Shown piece after piece: positions 59,188 through 64,000 of a DNA stretch of 64,000 nucleotides; positions within the stretch are counted from its first letter, which is position 1; each line of letters begins with the position of its first letter. The stretch spans positions 2,688 through 66,687 of the forward strand of contig JANQNF010000005.1 in NCBI GenBank assembly GCA_028279705.1, in the 5' to 3' direction. The stretch is from an archaeon. GTDB lineage: Archaea; Aenigmatarchaeota; Aenigmatarchaeia; QMZP01; JAFGSV01. Made by a program: the position numbers and the translations under genes. The notes beneath the pieces are model-generated. The model had not been told where the DNA came from, searched no databases, and worked only from the letters and a program-made list of their open reading frames with translations.

Positions 59188-60158
59188 TGGCTGGCAAAAT
59201 AGAAGGACGAACAGGCTGGTCAGTCCGTAGAACGGATAACGGTCATCGTAATTACTCAGTCAAGCACAAGATTGAAACGACTGATGAAGAAGACGGTCCA
59301 GCAATTGTACTATCAACAGTTGGATTACCCACTGTTGGAAGTGTCTGGGGTTACGGTAACGACCTAGACTCATGGGCATTCTGTCTACCTGAAGCCGAAG
59401 TTAAATTCCTTGGTAAACAAGAAGCCTCTTGCTGGTGGGAAGTGACAAACCACTTCTCAACAGAACCGCAGGAACGATGCCAAACAACTGAGATTGAAAA
59501 CCCGTTAGATGAACCTGACCGGGTTGGTGGAAGTTTTACCAAACTCAAAAAGCAAGCTAAGGTTGACCGCAATGATAAACCCATTGCAAACAGCAGCCAT
59601 GAACTATTCACAGGCTCGGCAACCGAGGTTGATGATAGCCGACCTACGGTGTTAATTGGGAAAAACGTCAGCAGTCTTCCACTAGTCACATTTGCATCTA
59701 TGATTGACACGGTGAACGATGCGACACTGTGGGGTATGGCAGCTAGAACAATCAAGCTGACCAACGTCAACTGGCAAAGAAAACTGTATGGAGTTTGTAC
59801 CTACTACTATATCGTCGAGTATGAGTTTGAAATAAACGCCAACACGTTTGACAAGACTTTGCTAGACATTGGTACAAGGGTTCTAAAGGGGAAGTGGGTT
59901 GATAACAGTTGGGTTGGTCTAGACCCTGATGAAGTCCCAACTGAGAATAACCCGAAGAACCTTAAGAACAGCCAGATCGCAAGCAACTTCATTCAGTACA
60001 AAGACGAAACCGGTCAATTCGGTGGAGACGGAAAGGTGCTTCTCGATGGGAAAGGAAGGCCGCTACAGGATCCGAACGACGACGCTATCACCCTTGGCCC
60101 TTTTGAATACTATCCAGAATCAAACTTCCTGCTGCTCAACATCCCAACCAGCTTATAG
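59187..60158 (+). CDS. Tail tip (distal tail/hub) protein
   Basis: Directly after the tape measure; TAATG coupling. Confidence 0.65.
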   Translation: MAGKIEGRTGWSVRRTDNGHRNYSVKHKIETTDEEDGPAIVLSTVGLPTVGSVWGYGNDLDSWAFCLPEAEVKFLGKQEASCWWEVTNHFSTEPQERCQTTEIENPLDEPDRVGGSFTKLKKQAKVDRNDKPIANSSHELFTGSATEVDDSRPTVLIGKNVSSLPLVTFASMIDTVNDATLWGMAARTIKLTNVNWQRKLYGVCTYYYIVEYEFEINANTFDKTLLDIGTRVLKGKWVDNSWVGLDPDEVPTENNPKNLKNSQIASNFIQYKDETGQFGGDGKVLLDGKGRPLQDPNDDAITLGPFEYYPESNFLLLNIPTSL

Positions 60159-60168
60159 TGAGTCAGAC

Positions 60169-60636
60169 ATGATCGCCAAGATATCAGGTCCGCCAACAAG
60201 AGAACGTGATAGGATTACTCTCAATCTTAATTTCTACCACGAACGAATAGGGGAAAGCCCAACCCCTCACCAAATCAGCTTTGCACAACTGCTTGAAGGG
60301 ACCGACCAGCCATACTCCCGTGAATACAAAATCACAAAGGAATGGAAATCGCTTCCAATCCCTCTAGAGAAGGTTGGTTACATCATCGTCCAAAACTTGG
60401 TAGGCACCAACTACGAAACAATCCCGAGTGATGCTCAAATCGCCACTGACGACAAACGAATTGTTGAACTTACCAGTTCACGAGACGGCGGGTTCTTACC
60501 AAACGATCCCGGAGGCACGCAGCTTATTCCTCCCAGAGGATTGTACGTGGGACAGATGAGTGCTGATTGGGAAGACGTTATGTTCCGCACCCAAGAAGGT
60601 ACAGCGATAATCAACCTTTCTGTGTATCCAAAGTAA
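60169..60636 (+). CDS. Hypothetical tail-module protein
   Basis: ATG at 60169 in frame to the stop at 60636. Confidence 0.6.
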   Translation: MIAKISGPPTRERDRITLNLNFYHERIGESPTPHQISFAQLLEGTDQPYSREYKITKEWKSLPIPLEKVGYIIVQNLVGTNYETIPSDAQIATDDKRIVELTSSRDGGFLPNDPGGTQLIPPRGLYVGQMSADWEDVMFRTQEGTAIINLSVYPK

Positions 60637-60637
60637 G

Positions 60638-62617
60638 ATGCCATCAAAACTCTATGCTCTTTCCGAAGCGGAACGGGATCTCGTTGAAAAGGCGCTACAG
60701 AAGTTAGCCAAGATCCCTGAGCCTCAGGATACAGAACCAACTCAGCCGCAACCTGGGATTAAGGCAGATGATGTTTATCTAGCCTATCCTCCTTGCGACC
60801 AGTCTATCCCTGCGATGATAGGCGAAGTCCCAGGAGCTATGGAATGTTGTATCTTCCTACTGCACTACGGTGATGATCCCAATGACCCAGAGCAGAGGGA
60901 AATCACACCTATTCTGCTAGGTAAGGACGAAGATGGTAAACCTATTCATATGCGTGAGTGGGTTTATAACATCTATCCTGTTCCCTCGGATCGTAACCGT
61001 TACTTCCAAGTATGGCGTAGTAAGGGTGGATTTTTCTTCTGTGAACGTCCTTCAGGACATAACCAGGAACAAGACACTACTACAACCACAACGTCAACGA
61101 CCACAACTACAATAGAACCGGAACCACAATCATGTGAGGGATTCTGTGAATGGCAATGGAACGACTCCACGAGGACGTGGAATAAGATCGATGATAATTG
61201 CAGCACGACCACATCAACTACTACCACGTCCACCACGATTATCGGTTCCACAACGACGACTACTGAATGCCCTTGTCCGGTTGAGGATAAGTCAACATCG
61301 ACGACGACCACAACAACGTTAGCTCCTCCACCTGAGTGTAACTGCTTGTGGCCTGACTTCTGCGGAACAAACAACGGAGAGATCACATACACGAACTGTG
61401 CTTACGATGCAGATACCGATCCTCCAATTTGCACCACGACAACGACTACATCATGTAACTGCAATACAACCACAACCAGTGAAGTACCTAACTGTGATCC
61501 AGCTTGTGAATGGGTTTGGATTCCACCGGGGCGATGGTGGCCTGTACCTGGGACTCTTCAGTGCCGTAACAAGATTCACTGTAATCCTTGCCCACAGCCT
61601 TCAACGGCTGGTGGTTTCTACTGTGATGAAGACACTACAAATTGTACCATAAAGGATGATCCGCCCCCTCCACCACAGCGATGTAACGATTCTTGCGAAT
61701 GGTGGTGGATACCACAAGTGCAGTCCTGGATTAGGATGACTAACAATTGCAACCCTGCATTGATCAATTGCTATTGTGATCCACCTAGTGACCCACCATC
61801 CAACAACAATGATTGTGTTCCAACTCACACACCTTGCACACTGCACGGCGGAGGGACAACTACTACTCAGGATCCATGCCATCCTTGTTATTCAACAACC
61901 ACGACAACCACTACTGGTGAACCTTCTTGCCAAGCTGAGTGTCGCTGGTTCTGGAACGGAGTAACATGGAACCTGATCACCAACGACTGCCCTACTCGTT
62001 GTCCATGTCCAGACCCTGTGTGGAATGGTACAGTATTCGGGGAAACCACAACCACTGAATGTAGCGATTTTCCAACTACTAGCACAAGTTCAACAACCAC
62101 TACAGCAACTCCAACCGGAGCCTGCTGTGTGCCTGAAATCAAGGATCCATTCAGATGCTTGGATAATATTACCCAGACAAGCTGTGAAGATGTTCTGGGA
62201 GGAACATATCAAGGCGATGGTAGCACATGTCCTGCTGACTGTGGACCTACCTGTGATCCACGACCTTGTAGGTGGGAGTGCATCAACGGACGATGGATAG
62301 AAAATCCACAAGACCAATGTGGAACGTTTGTACCGTGTCACTGTAAGCAACCTCCTGGATTCCCAATATGCCTAGACAATGGTTCTGAGATCTGGATGAC
62401 CTGTGAAGACGGGTTCGGATCCTACGCATCAACGTATGGAGGTTCGGGAACCAAAGCAATCCGTAAAGTTCCTAGGATCATTGTCACCAACAAGATTAAG
62501 ACTCCGGGTGTTCTTAATCAAGACATCACAGTTACGGTTCCTGCGATATCTGTACAACCGATAACCGTTATTCCACCTACTGTACTAGGCGGTGGACAAC
62601 AAGTAGGAGGAAGCTAA
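60638..62617 (+). CDS. Cys-rich, poly-Thr (mucin-like) tail-associated protein
   Basis: Multiple Thr tracts separating five C-x3-C-x-W modules. Confidence 0.8.
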   Translation: MPSKLYALSEAERDLVEKALQKLAKIPEPQDTEPTQPQPGIKADDVYLAYPPCDQSIPAMIGEVPGAMECCIFLLHYGDDPNDPEQREITPILLGKDEDGKPIHMREWVYNIYPVPSDRNRYFQVWRSKGGFFFCERPSGHNQEQDTTTTTTSTTTTTIEPEPQSCEGFCEWQWNDSTRTWNKIDDNCSTTTSTTTTSTTIIGSTTTTTECPCPVEDKSTSTTTTTTLAPPPECNCLWPDFCGTNNGEITYTNCAYDADTDPPICTTTTTTSCNCNTTTTSEVPNCDPACEWVWIPPGRWWPVPGTLQCRNKIHCNPCPQPSTAGGFYCDEDTTNCTIKDDPPPPPQRCNDSCEWWWIPQVQSWIRMTNNCNPALINCYCDPPSDPPSNNNDCVPTHTPCTLHGGGTTTTQDPCHPCYSTTTTTTTGEPSCQAECRWFWNGVTWNLITNDCPTRCPCPDPVWNGTVFGETTTTECSDFPTTSTSSTTTTATPTGACCVPEIKDPFRCLDNITQTSCEDVLGGTYQGDGSTCPADCGPTCDPRPCRWECINGRWIENPQDQCGTFVPCHCKQPPGFPICLDNGSEIWMTCEDGFGSYASTYGGSGTKAIRKVPRIIVTNKIKTPGVLNQDITVTVPAISVQPITVIPPTVLGGGQQVGGS

Positions 62618-62619
62618 TC

Positions 62620-63087
62620 ATGGCCAGCTTGGTATACACACAAGCTCTAATGGAGATGATGGATGGGACCATCGATATTGATACAGACACCATCAAGTGT
62701 ATGTTGGTTGAAGATGGTTACGTCCCAGACCAGGATGACACTGTAATCGATGACGGGGGCGGTAATGACCCCATTGATCACGAGATCAGCGTCTCAGGAT
62801 ACACCGGAGGATTTGGTGGAGCCGGTCGTAAGACTGTGTCCATTGCTCTCACAGCTAACGATACCAACAACAGAGTTGACATTGGTATTGAAGCCGATCT
62901 CACTTGGTCATCGTTGGGCGCAGGAGCCACAATCGCCGGTGCAATTCTGGTCAAAGAAATCACAAACGATACGCTATCAAGGCTTATCGCTTACTTCGAT
63001 GTTAACGACTTTGCTACTACGGGTGGAGACTACACGTTAGATTTCACACCGTCAGCCAGCGGAGGCAATATTCAATTCCCGCTTTAA
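62620..63087 (+). CDS. Virion structural protein
   Basis: IDIDTDTIKCMLV...Y.P...GYT.G motif common in phage tail proteins. Confidence 0.7.
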   Translation: MASLVYTQALMEMMDGTIDIDTDTIKCMLVEDGYVPDQDDTVIDDGGGNDPIDHEISVSGYTGGFGGAGRKTVSIALTANDTNNRVDIGIEADLTWSSLGAGATIAGAILVKEITNDTLSRLIAYFDVNDFATTGGDYTLDFTPSASGGNIQFPL

Positions 63088-63139
63088 TCTAGATGCGAAC
63101 TGGATGGTTGGCCAGTTCTAAAACTAATTGGAGGACATT

Positions 63140-64000
63140 ATGAAACTCACAATAGGTATGGCAACCTATCAGGACTACGACGGTCTTCACTTCACCGTCC
63201 AAAGTCTTAGGATGCACAGTAAGATCCACGAGGATGACAACGTTGAGTTGTTAGTCGTGGACAACTGTCCATCTCACAAGGATGCCTCACGCATCAAGCA
63301 ACTCACTGAGTGTACTAATCACGGAGGAAAAATCCGTGGCCGGTACATTCCAATGGAAACACCCGTCGGAACTTCTGCGCCTCGGCAAAGAATTTTCGAT
63401 GAAGCTGAAGGAGACGTGGTGCTCTGTATGGACAGCCATGTCCTCCTTCCAACCGATACACCATCGCGTCTCCTTCACTTCTTTAGTGAGAACCCAGACA
63501 CCCCGAACCTGTATACCGGTCCAATGATCTATGACGGAATGGGTATGATGTCTACCCACTTCGATATGATCTGGCGGTCCGAGATGTGGGGGATCTGGGC
63601 ACATGCTTGGAGATGCAAGTGTGGTCATCCTTTCACAGTGATTAACCCTGAAGATATTGGCAAAGACGATGACAAGCCAATACAATTCCACAGCCTGGAG
63701 TTTGAGGTTAAAAACCACAGACGCAAACGCTGTGCCGAATGTTACCAGCCGTTCCCTGTCAACATCCGTTGGCCAGGACACCAACAAATCCTGAAGCAGA
63801 AGTTCGGGTACACACAAGCTGGTTGGACCGACGACGAACCTATCTTTAAGATCCCTGCTATGGGGTTAGGTTTATTCACCTGCCGGAAAGACGCTTGGCT
63901 CGGGTTCCTTGAAGGTCACAGAATGTTCGGTGGTGAAGAAGGGTACATACATGAGAAGTATGAACAAGCCGGGCACTCTACATTCTGTTTACCGTGGCTC
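63140..64000 (+). CDS. GT-A (GT2/GT27-like) glycosyltransferase, 3'-truncated by window edge
   Basis: GGAGG RBS; open to the window end: MKLTIGMATY...LLVVDN...VLCMDSHV...IPAMGLGLFTCRK...MFGGEEG. Not in the ORF track. Confidence 0.85.
   Translation, partial: MKLTIGMATYQDYDGLHFTVQSLRMHSKIHEDDNVELLVVDNCPSHKDASRIKQLTECTNHGGKIRGRYIPMETPVGTSAPRQRIFDEAEGDVVLCMDSHVLLPTDTPSRLLHFFSENPDTPNLYTGPMIYDGMGMMSTHFDMIWRSEMWGIWAHAWRCKCGHPFTVINPEDIGKDDDKPIQFHSLEFEVKNHRRKRCAECYQPFPVNIRWPGHQQILKQKFGYTQAGWTDDEPIFKIPAMGLGLFTCRKDAWLGFLEGHRMFGGEEGYIHEKYEQAGHSTFCLPWL

Noticed and set aside
1-64000. Lysogeny module, reverse transcriptase/DGR, or alternative genetic code
   Set aside because: No integrase, repressor pair or RT motif is seen, and core genes are intact under the standard code with all three stop codons used.

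Overview
A 64-kb piece of a tailed dsDNA (siphovirus-like) phage genome. A Planctomycetota host is inferred, not shown. There are three blocks. (i) A + strand replication and DNA-modification arm (1-18.7 kb): partial CsrA, family-A DNA polymerase, a thymidine-hypermodification cluster (aGPT-Pplase1-family enzyme, GT-B glycosyltransferase, radical SAM/SPASM, dUMP-hydroxymethylase-type thymidylate synthase, Nmad1-MazG fusion), primase-helicase, SLOG protein, DNA methyltransferase and HD hydrolase. (ii) A - strand arm of mostly small early-type genes (18.7-31.3 kb) with a UvrD helicase, a DGQHR/ParB-like protein and a PvcA/Dit1-like protein. (iii) A + strand morphogenesis arm (34.7-64 kb): terminase, portal, holin beside a trypsin-like protease, head and tail genes, tape measure, a Cys/poly-Thr mucin-like protein and a partial ppGalNAc-T-like glycosyltransferase. 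Between the divergent arms lies a ~3-kb control region. It almost completely avoids TCW/WGA trinucleotides, carries three matched leftward sigma70-type promoters, and appears to transcribe a long, highly base-paired RNA. The best candidates for new biology are (1) this motif-depleted early region, possibly coupled to the base-modification pathway, (2) the structured RNA, and (3) mucin-type virion glycosylation. All calls come from reading motifs by eye; no searches were run.
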